A stretch of 64,000 nt of DNA from Macrostomum lignano (taxonomy: Eukaryota): positions 1-64,000 of the forward strand of contig NIVC01001180.1 of NCBI GenBank assembly GCA_002269645.1, given 5' to 3'. Below are positions 27,101 to 38,265 of the stretch, one piece after another (positions within the stretch are counted from its first letter, which is position 1; every line of letters starts with the position of its first letter). Below the pieces are notes generated by a model, which saw nothing but the letters and a program-made list of their open reading frames with translations, ran no database searches and was not told the DNA's origin. A program made the translations under genes and the position numbers.

Positions 27101-27253
27101 GTCGGCCAGCAGCCGTTCGGCGGCGCCAGGCAGTCGGGCACCAACGACAAGGCCGGCGGGCCGCACTACCTGCTGAAGTTCCTGTCGCCTATGGCCATCA
27201 AGCGGGCGACTAAGCCGGTAGCCGGGCACCTGCCGGCTCACCTGATTCGCTAA
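24194..27253 (+). CDS. ALDH4A1: Delta-1-pyrroline-5-carboxylate dehydrogenase, mitochondrial, 575 aa; exons 24194-24463, 25174-25523, 26146-27253
   Basis: GT-AG introns with phases 0 and 2, total 1728 nt. Arg/Ser-rich presequence with no acidic residues. Motifs NEPALEY, EIDAAAELIDFLRFN, PFNFTAIGGNL, FTGS, catalytic ECGGKN and GQKCSACSR, EEIFGPVL, QQPFGGARQSGTNDKAGG. Confidence 0.96.
24700..25170. repeat. Pyrimidine-rich degenerate repeat (CTCTAATTCCC motif) in ALDH4A1 intron 1
   Basis: The repeated ctctaattcc motif runs up to the acceptor at 25173. Confidence 0.8.
25535..26085. repeat. 30-bp minisatellite filling ALDH4A1 intron 2, in two variant blocks
   Basis: The CTCTCAGATGAAGCTGTTGACTGTGACAGA block is followed by a CTCTCAGATGATGCCACAATTCATCCCAGA block. 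Confidence 0.95.
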
Positions 27254-28237
27254 GCGGCTGGGCCTGTATGTAGCACCGTTTTGAGAACATCGCTTCGTGT
27301 CTGTCTCTCCCCTCCCTTTGCTTTTAAAACATGAATGACCTTTAAAACGAGGTTTTTATGGTGGGCGTGTGTTCTGGGGAGGGATATATGAAATAGAAAA
27401 AATTTTCACCCGCATTTTCTGTGACTAAAACAGACTGAAACAAAATCTGTATTGAAAGCCGAATAACACCGGAAATTGCCTATTTGAAACTGACAGATGG
27501 ACTTTGTTTTTCTGTTTCGTTGAGTATAAAACAAACTTCACGACTCACATTAGCCTCTCTCTCCCCTCCTGTCAGGTGTATCGCCCCATCCTATAAAACT
27601 AATCTGACCATTTGCACTAATTTAATTTTGCCTCTGTTTCAAAATTGAAATTCTTTTTTAATAATTGAATCGCAAACCGCCGGCTATCGTCACTGACCCA
27701 AATTTTGCTGTTTTGTTTTTTTGCGTTTTCAATTTCCGATGAGTTGCTTCGTTCAAATCTTTTTTTGGTGTCGGGCATCTTTTGCCTGGCATCTTCTAAT
27801 TTTACTGTTCTGTCTGTTGAGTTAGATCTTGAGCTGTCACCCATTGTCCTGATCCCCCTCCCCCCGAAACTGCATCGCATAGCAACTGGCGAACACCGCT
27901 TGCACAGGCACCCAAAGTTAATGTGCGAGTATTGGATTTGAGTTTAACAATACAATAAATAATCTAATATTGAGCGGGAGACTACAATTTGGAAATCAAC
28001 TCCTCGCTCAGGAACCAGTTAAAGCTGCACCTGGCAACTCAGTAAAAATAAAAAAAATTGCATATCTATTAATTGAATTCGAATTCACATTTTCCTGTCA
28101 ATTCTGCATGCACTGCTACTCGAATTTGTGAGCACGAGTAGTATAGAAAGATACAGATCGTGGTTAATACTAGAAAACGAACCCAAAATGATGTATAAGG
28201 ATTTTTAATGTTAATGTTCATATATCCACGAAAGAAT

Positions 28238-28526
28238 GAATGACCAGTGGCACAATGACCAGATGTCTGTGACAGAATGACTAGATATCCCTGACAGAGT
28301 GATGACCAGTAGCACAATGACCAGCTATCTGACAGAATGACCAGCAGCACAATGACCAGCTATCTGACAGAATGACCAGTAGCACAATTACCAGCTATCT
28401 GACAGAATGACCAGTAGCACAATTACCAGCTATCTGACAGAATGACCAGTAGCACAATGACCAGCTATCTGACAGAATGACCAGTAGCACAATGACCAGC
28501 TATCTGACAGAATGACCAGTAGCACA
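28238..28526. repeat. 35-bp minisatellite (GAATGACCAGTAGCACAATGACCAGCTATCTGACA) between convergent ALDH4A1 and CDT1
   Basis: About 8 tandem copies are visible. Confidence 0.92.
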
Positions 28527-29066
28527 TTATTTGAAATAACACAGAACATGAGTCAAATGAAGCAAGGTAAAGAAGTACATGTTTTTTTGTAAAAAATTCG
28601 TTGAATCGAAATTATAAAGTATAAATACAAGCAGTTTATTTTTATAAAAAATAGCTAGCAAAATACAGTAGTATGTTGCGCATTTGCAAACATTTATACG
28701 AGTATATGTACAAAAAAACAAATAGATAAAATTGGCTAAATAGACTTGGATGCATACACGATTAATACGAATCACTACATAAATTAGCGGTAATACAAGC
28801 CTTTAAAATGCTTAATTTTGTTACTGATCAATGCAGTACCGTTACTTTTGAAAAAGGGCTGGAAAAATGCTGCGTTATTTATAAAGGCTAAATTAGAATA
28901 AAAAAGTTATTACAGAAAAAGAGCAGAACAGAGCGACAATGAATTGGAAAAAATTGACTACAAAAGACAGACAACACTACTGACTACGGAAAATATCAGT
29001 AGTAGTATAAGTAGGCTTTTATTTTTATTATTAGCCAAACGGCAGAATAATGCATAGTCTGACGGT

Positions 29067-31040
29067 TCACGAAGCCGCAGCCTCCAGCTCGGCGCGTCGG
29101 GACTCGATAGCGGCCAGCACAGCGTCAAAGTTGCCGCCGACAGTTTGCACCCGAATGAACTGGCCGGGCCGGCTGGGCAGGTCAATCAGGCTCGCCCAGG
29201 CCGGGCACAGGCGGCACAGCAGGCGCAGCAGGTTGTCGGCCTCAGACTCGGACAGCCGGCCGGGCTGCGATCTGGCCAGCCGTTCGGCCGCCTCGGACAT
29301 TGGCACAGCGCGGCGCTTGTCAGCCTGACACTGGATTTTCAGGGCCCGGGCGGCGGCGGGCGCTTTGTCCAGCAGGCGTAGCTCAGCCTCAACTGCCGGC
29401 TCCCGGCGGGTCAGCAGCCGCCTGGCCGTGGCTTCGGCGTCGCGTCGGCGAATTCTGGCCAACAGGTCGGCATCGATGCCGGTTGGCGGCTTTGATTTCG
29501 GCTTGCCGTTGCCGCCGCTGTCCGGCGAGGAGGCCGCAGGTGATGCGGCAGCGGCGGCCGTGACTGCGGCCTCCAGGGCGCGCTGAAGCCGGTCAGGCAG
29601 CGCCGGCCGCAGCTGGTCCAGCGCCTGTCGCGCTGTGGTCACCCGGGCGGAGTCGGCGACAGCCTCTGGGGCCGGCGGTGCCGGAGCGGCGGCCGGGGCG
29701 GGCACGCGCTCCAGCGGGAAGTCGGGATGCCAGCGGCTGAGAGACATCAGAGCGGGCAGCTTGGAGGCGTCGGCTCCCCGATCGAGGAGGAATCGGCGAT
29801 GCTGCTCGGCCACGTAGCGGTAGAGCCGCAGGGCGAACTCAGCCCGGCGCTCCAGCTGCTGCTGCGGGCTCATCTTCGGGGCCGAGGCGGCGCCGCCAGC
29901 TTGCAGCAGGCGAGGCTCAACTAGCAGCAGGTGGCCGCTGCTGATGCCGCCGCCGACGCCGCCGCTGGTAGCGTGTCGGCTGGCCGGCGCCACGGGGACG
30001 CTGGACTTTGGCACCCAGCGTAGGGCGTAGCAGCCAGGGTACAGGGTGCGGATCTGGCCTAGGCGGGTCGCATCGAACGAACGCCGGGTCATTCGCTCGA
30101 CGCTGTCCTTCAGCCGGTCGAATGTCGGCAGCTGTTTGCCCAGCACGAGGACGAGCATCTGTTCGAGTGCGTCGAACTGCAGTCGGAGGACATCCAAGTC
30201 TGACGGCAGCGGCAGCTCTTTGGCCCGGCTAGCCAAGATACTGGCCGCCTTCACTGGCTCGACTGGCACTTCCGGTCCGATTGCAACTTCCGGCTCGACA
30301 GGGACTTTTGGTTTAGCTGGAGTTTCCGGTTGGACAGTTGATTTCGGCTTAGACAGCTTTATTACCGAACGAGAAGCGGTTGGCCGGGTTTTGGCGGCTA
30401 CTTCCGGTTCAATTGCTATCTTCGGCTTAGCTACCTCTTTAACCGTTTCCGGTTCACTAACAGTCTTTTTGAGCTTACTGATAGCAACTTCAGCTTTACT
30501 GGAAACCACTTCCGGCTCCTTGACAGCTACTTCAGGTTCTTTGACAGCTACTTCCGGCTCCTTGACAACCACTTCCGGCTCCTTGACAACCACTTCCGGC
30601 TCTTTGACAGCTACTTCCAGCTCTTTGACAGCTACTTCCGGCTCTTTGACAGCCACTTCCGGCTTTTTGAGAGCCTCTTTCGGCGCAGCAATAACTTCCT
30701 TATCGATGATCACATCCTTCCTGGCATCAACTTCTGGTTCGGTTTCAACATCGTCAAATATTAGCTGAGCAATCACCAGAGGCTTATTTCGTGTTCTAGC
30801 CGAAGACTTGGACTTTGAAGCTGCAGCGGACCGGACCGGAGTCTTTCTGCTACTAGAAGCAGCCGGACTGGCAACTTTGCGCCCGCTGCGTAACAGGCGT
30901 TTAGGCGGCGACAAGGACACCTGCGGCTCGGCGGCGACTTCGACGACAGACGAATCGGCGGCTTTTTTGTTGCCAGGCCGACCGCTTCGAGCGGACTTCT
31001 TTTGGGTGGCGAAATAGTCCGTGATCTTTGAGGACGACAT
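29067..31040 (-). CDS. CDT1: DNA replication licensing factor Cdt1, intronless, 657 aa
   Basis: N-terminal PIP-degron-like KITDYFATQK. Geminin-binding winged-helix segment LPLP...FDALEQM...PTFDRLKDSVERMTRRSFDATRLGQIRTLYPGCY. RWHPDFPLERVP motif. C-terminal MCM-binding winged helix (MSEAAERL...LSESEADNLLRLLCRLCPAW). Internal 7-aa EPEVAVK repeats. Confidence 0.92.
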   Translation of the reverse strand: MSSSKITDYFATQKKSARSGRPGNKKAADSSVVEVAAEPQVSLSPPKRLLRSGRKVASPAASSSRKTPVRSAAASKSKSSARTRNKPLVIAQLIFDDVETEPEVDARKDVIIDKEVIAAPKEALKKPEVAVKEPEVAVKELEVAVKEPEVVVKEPEVVVKEPEVAVKEPEVAVKEPEVVSSKAEVAISKLKKTVSEPETVKEVAKPKIAIEPEVAAKTRPTASRSVIKLSKPKSTVQPETPAKPKVPVEPEVAIGPEVPVEPVKAASILASRAKELPLPSDLDVLRLQFDALEQMLVLVLGKQLPTFDRLKDSVERMTRRSFDATRLGQIRTLYPGCYALRWVPKSSVPVAPASRHATSGGVGGGISSGHLLLVEPRLLQAGGAASAPKMSPQQQLERRAEFALRLYRYVAEQHRRFLLDRGADASKLPALMSLSRWHPDFPLERVPAPAAAPAPPAPEAVADSARVTTARQALDQLRPALPDRLQRALEAAVTAAAAASPAASSPDSGGNGKPKSKPPTGIDADLLARIRRRDAEATARRLLTRREPAVEAELRLLDKAPAAARALKIQCQADKRRAVPMSEAAERLARSQPGRLSESEADNLLRLLCRLCPAWASLIDLPSRPGQFIRVQTVGGNFDAVLAAIESRRAELEAAAS

Positions 31041-31688
31041 GGTTTGACTGCTGGGGCATGAATGCGTTAGAATTGATTGGAATGATAAAACTATTTTCCT
31101 ACTACTTATACGAGTTATCTATTTAGTCAGTAGCAATTAGTGAAAATGGCCGCTATTTTCTGTGGTGAAGGGCAATAAAATCAGGGTCGTAGAAAGTTAC
31201 AGTGGTAGAAAATGATGAACGAATCTGACAAGCCATCTTAGAAAGTAAATACTACTGAATTAAGCAGTAGCTTAGCAGCACACGCGCTGAATATCTATTC
31301 TATTCCAGCCTATGCCTTTCTAAAAGCCTATTTTTCCTGGTGTGAATCAACAGAGACTGAAGCCGTAAACAGGTTGCACAAAATAATAATTAAAAGCAAG
31401 CTTCCAGCAAGCAGAGAATGAGTCTGCAGAGAATTATATCATAATATATAATATATATAAGTACTCTTAGGACTCGGTTCAACTGAATATTGATGTCAAA
31501 ATTGACAAAAACACGCACAATTAATTCAGATATATTTGCCCTTAAAGAAGATGCTTTAATTTCACTTCATTAACAATTGGGTCCGAATTATCGGACGAAA
31601 ATAATATGAATTAAAATATTACCAGGCAATACGATGATGATTGGGGGGGGGACACAATGAAAGAAAAAAGTTAAATTGACAGCTTAGC

Positions 31689-31706
31689 AACCAATAAGCC
31701 AATCAG
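31689..31706. promoter_or_regulatory. Tandem CCAAT boxes (AACCAATAAGCCAATCAG) ~650 bp upstream of the CDT1 ATG; a YY1-like AAAATGGCCGC lies at ~31143
   Basis: Motif match only; function is inferred. Confidence 0.35.
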
Positions 31707-31848
31707 ATAGCTCGCTTCATTGATGAAGCATGAGTCTGTTGCCAGTATGTGAACATGCAGTATATTTTTGACATTGGTTATGGTCATGGCTATAACACTT
31801 TTTAACCACCCTTACCCACAGGGATTCAGTTTGATGAGCGATGCGCTG

Positions 31849-32640
31849 TGGCGGATAATCGGCTGATTGGGGGGCGGATAATCGGCTGATTGGGGGGCGG
31901 ATAATCGGCTGATTGGGGGGCGGATAATCGGCTGATTGGGGGCGGATAATCGGCTGATTGGGGGGCGGATAATCGGCTGATTGGGAGGCGGAAAATCGGC
32001 TGATTGGGGGGCGGGTAATCGGCTGATTGGGGCCTGGGGGGCGGGTAATCGGCTGATTGGGGGGATAATCGGCTGATTGGGGGGCGGATAATCGGCTGAT
32101 TGGGGGGGGGGGCAGATAATTTGATGATGGGGCGGATGATCTGATGATTGAGGGGGGGGCGGATAATTTGATGATGGGGTGGATGATCTGATGATTGAGG
32201 GGGGCGGATAATTCGATGATAGGGGGCAGATGATCTGATGATTGAGGGGGGGGGCGGATAATTTGATGATGGGGTGGATGATCTGATGATTGAGGGGGCG
32301 GATAATTTAATGATGGAGTGGATGATCTGATGATTGAGGGGGTGGATAATTTAATGATGGGGTGGATGATCTGATGATTGAGGGGGCGGATAATTTATTG
32401 ATGGGGTGGATGATCTGATGATTGAGGGGGGCGGATAATTTAATGATGGGGTGGATGATCTGATGATTGAGGGGGCGGATAATTTAATGATGGGGTGGAT
32501 GATCTGATGAGAGGGGGGCGGATAATTTGATGATGGGGCAGATGATCTGATGATTGGGGGGGGCGGATAATTTGATGGGGGGGGCGTATAATCTGATGAC
32601 TTGGGGGAGGGGGCGGAAGATAAGGGCGGATAGGAGCGGA
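31849..32640. repeat. G-rich arrays: 23-bp unit (GGCGGATAATCGGCTGATTGGGG, 11 copies, 31849-32102), then a ~45-bp dimeric derivative
   Basis: CTGATTGG counted 11 times. The 45-bp unit shares the GGCGGATAAT start. Confidence 0.93.
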
Positions 32641-32709
32641 AACGGGGATCTAATGCATGCATCTATAAGGACAAAGTTACGAATGTGACAGAGAAGAGCA
32701 GAGCATCTC

Positions 32710-34952
32710 TCAAGCGAATCCAACACAGTCCGCCCGCCGGTACATCAGCACGTAGGGATGCAGGCGCCGCGGCTGATCCGGCTGTTTAACCGACGGCAAC
32801 TCCGGCGCGCACAGGTCAGTTCGGTCAGTGGGGAAAAATGCCACATTAGCATCGTCCAGCATAATCCACCGGTTTAAGCCGGGCTGCAGCACGGCTGTGA
32901 TATAGTGGCCGCTAGTGGCGTGGCCAACGTGATACACAATGGCGAATAGGCAATAGTCCAAGCGCTGCGGCTTGGCCCGGGCCTGATGCGACAGCCAGGC
33001 CTTGCGCAGCTTCAACGTCTCCGGCAGGTCCAATCGGCGGTCGATTTTCACAACGCCAGCGCTGGCCTCGGCGTAGTGGAATCGTTTCAGCTGCAGCAGC
33101 AGCAGGCGAGGCGGCAGCTCAAACAGCTGGGTCTTGGTAGCCCGGCCCTCGCTAGTCTCAACCAGCTCCGGCTTGGTGACAGCCTCAAGAGCTTCGGCTA
33201 GCGTGCCAGCCGACCAATCCGGCAGGTCGATGTCCAGCGGCAGGACAAAGAAGGGCTGAAGATTGGCTGTGGGCGGCCGGTTGGACCGGACAAGCTGGTG
33301 CCGCAGCTGTCCGCCAAACAGCTCGGACACAATGGTACCAGTGGCCGACTGGCAGGTTCGAGTCACGGCTGACCGATTCTTCGGCCCGACGCATTGCCAT
33401 TCGTCAGCGACGTCTGTCTCAGCATCGGCCTCAGCTTGAGCAGTTTTATCACCGTTGGCCTGGCCGTTGCTATGCGAGCTGCCATCGCCAGTGGCTTTGG
33501 CCAGCTCGTCGTGCAGACTGTTCAACAGGTGGCTGAGGAACTCCTCCGCGTCCTCCTCGCGACCTGCCCGAAGCTCCGTGCCACGGCTAGGCATAGCGGC
33601 GGATTCTGCCGACACCAGTTGGTAGGCCTGATGGGGAGTGTACGGCTGACCGGAAGTCAACTTCCGGGGATTGGCGGCCTGGCTGTAGTAGGAGAGCAGC
33701 TCCACCATGCAGTCCAGAGCTGGCGTTGAGCTGGGGCCGCGGTTTCTGGAGGGAGGATAGGGTGCTCAATTGTATATGTAATGTGCTCAATTGTATATGT
33801 AATGTGCTCAATTGTATATGTAATGTGCTCAATTGTATATGTAATGTGCTCAATTGTATATGTAATGTGCTCAATTGTATATGTAATGTGCTCAATTGTA
33901 TATGTAATGTGCTCAATTGTATATGTAATGTGCTCAATTGTATATGTACAGTGTGCTCAATTGTATATGTAATGTGCTCAATTGTATATGTAATGTGCTC
34001 AATTGTATATGTAATGTGCTCAATTGTATATGTAATGTGCTCAATTGTATATGTAATGTGCTCAATTGTATATGTAATGTGCTCAATTGTATATGTAATG
34101 TGCTCAATTGTATATGTAATGTGCTCAATTGTATATGTAATGTGCTCAATTGTATATGTAATGTGCTCAATTGTATATGTACAGTGTGCTCAGTTGTATA
34201 TGCAGTGTGCTCAATTAAAATTGTACAGTGTGCTCAATTGTATGTGTACATTGCACAGTGTGCTCAGAGGTAAATATAGCGTGCTCAATTGTATATGAAC
34301 AGTAGTCAGAAACAATGTTAAAAAAGATTTAAAGTTCCAACCTGAAGCTCTGGCACTGCTGTCCAAGAGCGCGGAAAAAGGCGTGAAACGGCGGACAGAG
34401 GAACAGCATCTGCAGGATGGCGTTGATGTAGCAAAAATTTCCGGAATTATTCAGACCGCGCGGCTGTAGAGGCACCGGCGCCTTAGCGACGCCTAGCTGA
34501 GCGGCCACGCGCCGTAGAGCGTCGCCAATAGCAGCCAGTTCGCGGTCCTGCTCCGGCGGCACCGGCTGCTGTTGCGACTTCCAGGCGGCGGTCGCTGGCG
34601 GCGAAGTCTCTGAAGAATTAGTTGTCGGAGGCAGCGACACCACGACGGCTTTCTGAGCTGCGGCGGTGCCGCGAAACAGGCCCGCCCAGCCTGTTGCTGC
34701 CGGCTTTGTCTCCGGCTTCGTCACAGCGGCCGGCGCCTCCTCGATGCCAGAGTCGTTCTCGCCGACGGCGGAGGCAGCAACCGGGGCGGAGACGCAGCAG
34801 CGACAGGCCGCCTGCCGGCAGCTGAAGCAGCAATCGTCGAAGCCAACAACGGGCAGAGCATTGGGCGACGGGCAGCTGAATAATTCGGCGCGTTTTCTGC
34901 TATAGTCGTCAAAGTAGCCGAATTCCAGCTGGTGCGACCCGGCGGAGTCCAT
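32710..34952 (-). CDS. USP10: Ubiquitin carboxyl-terminal hydrolase 10, 548 aa; exons 34952-34342, 33745-32710
   Basis: Phase-2 GT-AG intron, total 1647 nt. Cys box LQPRGLNNSGNFCYINA; GREEDAEEFLSHLLNSLHDEL; USP10-typical EWQCVGPKNRSAVTR and FGGQLR...LQPFFVLPLDI; His box AIVYHVGHATSGHY; WIMLDD. Confidence 0.92.
33771..34296. repeat. 21-bp minisatellite (GTGCTCAATTGTATATGTAAT) filling the USP10 intron
   Basis: Near-perfect tandem copies; 7-aa repeats in the ORF track. Confidence 0.96.
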
Positions 34953-35138
34953 TCCGGGCGCGGGGCTTTGAGTAACTGTGGCTATTCACAATAGATTGCC
35001 TTGAGGATAAACTGGCCTGCGTGTCTCTGCAGCAGTTGTGGAGTGTATGAGCTTTAGTGATTTGCTTATACAGGAGCTTTTAGTTTGACTAACTAGCTTG
35101 ATTTGGTATCGGCTTGCATGATTTTAGAGAAGGATCGG

Positions 35139-36089
35139 TTCCTAGGAATTAGGGACCTGATTCTAGGAAATGGATTTTTTTCCTAGGAATTAGGGACCTG
35201 ATTCTAGGAAATGGATTTTTTTCCTAGGAATTAGGGACCTGATTCTAGGAAATGGATTGTTTTCTAGGAATTAGGAACCTGATTCTAGGAAATGGATTGT
35301 TTTCTAGGAATTAGGGACCTGATTCTAGGAAATTGATCGTTTTTTAGGAATTAGGGACCTGATTCTAGGGAATGAATCGTTCGCTAGGAGTTATTGGTCT
35401 GATTCTAGGAAATGGATCGTTCTCTAGGAATTAGGAATCTGATTCTAGGAAATGGAAGGATCGGTTTCTAGGAATTAGGAATCTGATTCTAGGAAATGGA
35501 AGGATCGGTTTCTAGGAATTAGGAATCTGATTCTAGGAAATGGATCGTTCTCTAGGAATTAGGAATCTGATTCTAGGAAATGGAAGGATCGGTTTCTAGG
35601 AATTAGGAATCTGATTCTAGGAAATGGAAGGATCGGTTTCTAGGAATTAGGAATCTGATTCTAGGAAATGGAAGGATCGGTTTCTAGGAATTAGGAATCA
35701 GATTTTAGGAAACGGAAGGATCGGTTTCTAGGAATTAGGAATCTGATTTTAGGAAACGGAAGGATCGGTTTCTAGGAATTAGGAATCTGATTTTAGGAAA
35801 CGGAAGGATCGGTTTCTAGGAATTAGGAATCTGATTCTAGGAAATGGAAGGATCGGTTTCTAGGAATTAGGAATCTGATTTTAGGAAACGGAAGGATCGG
35901 TTTCTAGGAATTAGGAATCTGATTTTAGGAAACAGAAGGATCGGTTTCTAGGAATTAGGAATCTGATTCTAGGAAATGGAAGATCGGTTTCTAGGAATTA
36001 GGAATCTGATTCTAGGAAATGGAAGATCGGTTTCTAGGAATTAGGAATCTGATTCTAGGAAATGGAAGATCGGTTTCTAGGAATTAGGA
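35139..36089. repeat. Dimeric ~41-44-bp minisatellite (CTAGGAATTAGGAATCTGATT + CTAGGAAATGGAAGGATCGGTTT) upstream of the USP10 ATG
   Basis: Tandem copies with gradual sequence change along the array. Confidence 0.95.
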
Positions 36090-37275
36090 ACATCAAGTTG
36101 TAGTAATGAACCTTTAAAATCAGAGATCTGGTTGAAATAAAAATTCTAGCGCTTACATAATAGTACGCTCGTACTCACAATATATTCCAGCTTATACCCA
36201 TACTCTAATTACTTGAAATATCAGGAAATTAAAAGCGCAAATTGCAACCAGAGTTCTGGCTCAGCCATAACGATCGCAGCAGCAGTGAGAGAGCGGGCAG
36301 TGTATTTTGAGAACAGATTAGAAAGCTAATAGAAGAGTATAGGAATAGATAATCAGGGCGCGGAGAAGTTTCACTGGTTAATATTTTATTTTCAGGATTA
36401 GAAGATCAAGCATTCATTGTAATCAGCTTGTATAGTATTAATACAGACAGCGATAAAATAATTTATGCGAGAGAAATTGGGAAATTTATAAACCCAACCT
36501 CCCGGGAGTGAAGCGAAAGAAAACAAAAATATCAAGATGGCCTGAGCAGCATATACTACTGTGTATTTTAGTACTATTAGTAGGCAAAGAATAATGGAAT
36601 ATTGTTGCGCGTAGCTTTGCGAAAAAAAAACAATCTAAAAACTGATTAATTAATGGCATACTTGAGTAATAAAATCCAACTAAACTATGCGATACAAATA
36701 AATAGACGAATTGGCATCAGAATTTTGATACACTGGGAATACAACAAACCTAAGATACTACTTAATCCGCGCTAGTAAGTAGCATGTTGGAAACTGCCTA
36801 CCATATTTGGGAATTTTATTGAATTGTTTTAAAACGTAGGCATAGAAAAGGAACTAAAATTTGGTACTAATGAAAATGGCAACAAAAAACGAATATTTAT
36901 CAAAACTAAGCACTTGGCAACCACAGCCGCGGGAATGGGGCAGGACAGGGGTAGTTAGACAGGTAGCGTGCTTCTGAGGAATCAATATAAAAATCAATAT
37001 AGATAAATTATAATGAATAATAAATTAATAACAATATATGAGGCAGCTAGCGGCGGCGACTTGGGAGTGCGAAACTCGAGTACAAACTAGACATGTTTCT
37101 GTGCAATAGACATGTATTGCCCTTAATAAAGTGGGCCAATACACACACAGACGCACGGGGTTTTAAACAGCAATTGTTGAAAGTTTAAGCAACTAATAGC
37201 AGTTTGTGCGCTGGACAAATTACAACTCGTGTTTGGGATGCTGGGTTGTTGTTGAATAGGAGGCTTGGTGCAGTT

Positions 37276-38096
37276 AGTGGGGTAGAGAGAGAGGGCACTG
37301 ACCCCCAGTCTGTGGGGTAGAGGGAACACTGACCCCAGACTGTGGGGTAGAGGGGGCACTGACCTCAGACTGTGGGGTAGAGAGGGCACTGACCCCAGAC
37401 TGTGGGGTAGAGGGGGCACTGACCCCAGACTGTGGGGTAGAGGGGGCACTGACCTCAGACTGTGGGGTAGAGGGGGCACTGACCCCAGACTGTGGGGTAG
37501 AGAGGGCACTGACCTCAGACTGTGGGGTAGAGGGGGCACTGACCCCAGACTGTGGGGGTAGAGAGGGCACTGACCTCAGACTGTGGGGTAGAGGGGGCAC
37601 TGACCCCAGACTGTGGGGTAGAGAGGGCACTGACCTCAGACTGTGGGGTAGAGAGGGCACTGACCCCAGACTGTGGGGTAGAGGGGGCACTGACCTCAGA
37701 CTGTGGGGTAGAGAGGGCACTGACCCCAGACTGTGGGGTAGAGGGGGCACTGACCTCAGACTGTGGGGTAGAGGGGGCACTGACCTCAGACTGTGGGGTA
37801 GAGAGGGCACTGACCCCAGACTGTGGGGTAGAGGGGGCACTGACCTCAGACTGTGGGGTAGAGAGGGCACTGACCCCAGACTGTGGGGTAGAGAGGGCAC
37901 TGACCTCAGACTGTGGGGTAGAGAGGGTACTGACCTCAGACTGTGGGGTAGAGAGGGCACTGACCCCAGACTGTGGGGTAGAGGGGGCACTGACCTCAGA
38001 CTGTGGGGTAGAGAGGGCACTGACCCCAGACTGTGGGGTAGAGAGGGCACTGATCTCAGACTGTGGGGTAGAGAGGCCACTGACCGCAGACTGCAT
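37276..38096. repeat. 30-bp G-rich minisatellite (GACTGTGGGGTAGAGAGGGCACTGACCCCA) downstream of the Lasp stop
   Basis: About 27 copies with two variable positions (A/G, C/T). Confidence 0.96.
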
Positions 38097-38265
38097 GGTA
38101 GGGTTTATAAAGAAGTGGAACTTCCGCATATACAAATCCTTGGCAGTAGAAGAATACTACTAAAAACATAGCACAGCATATTGATAATATAAGCAGTGCA
38201 GTGTTTAATCTATTCAATTGATCAACAGAATCAAAAATCTCAACGATCAGCAAACCTCAGGCGGC

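Noticed and set aside
26237-27241. 334-aa antisense ORF over ALDH4A1 (similarly 52828-54357 over cortactin and 30046-30768 over CDT1)
   Set aside because: These are shadow ORFs of GC-rich, codon-biased exons with no motifs of their own.
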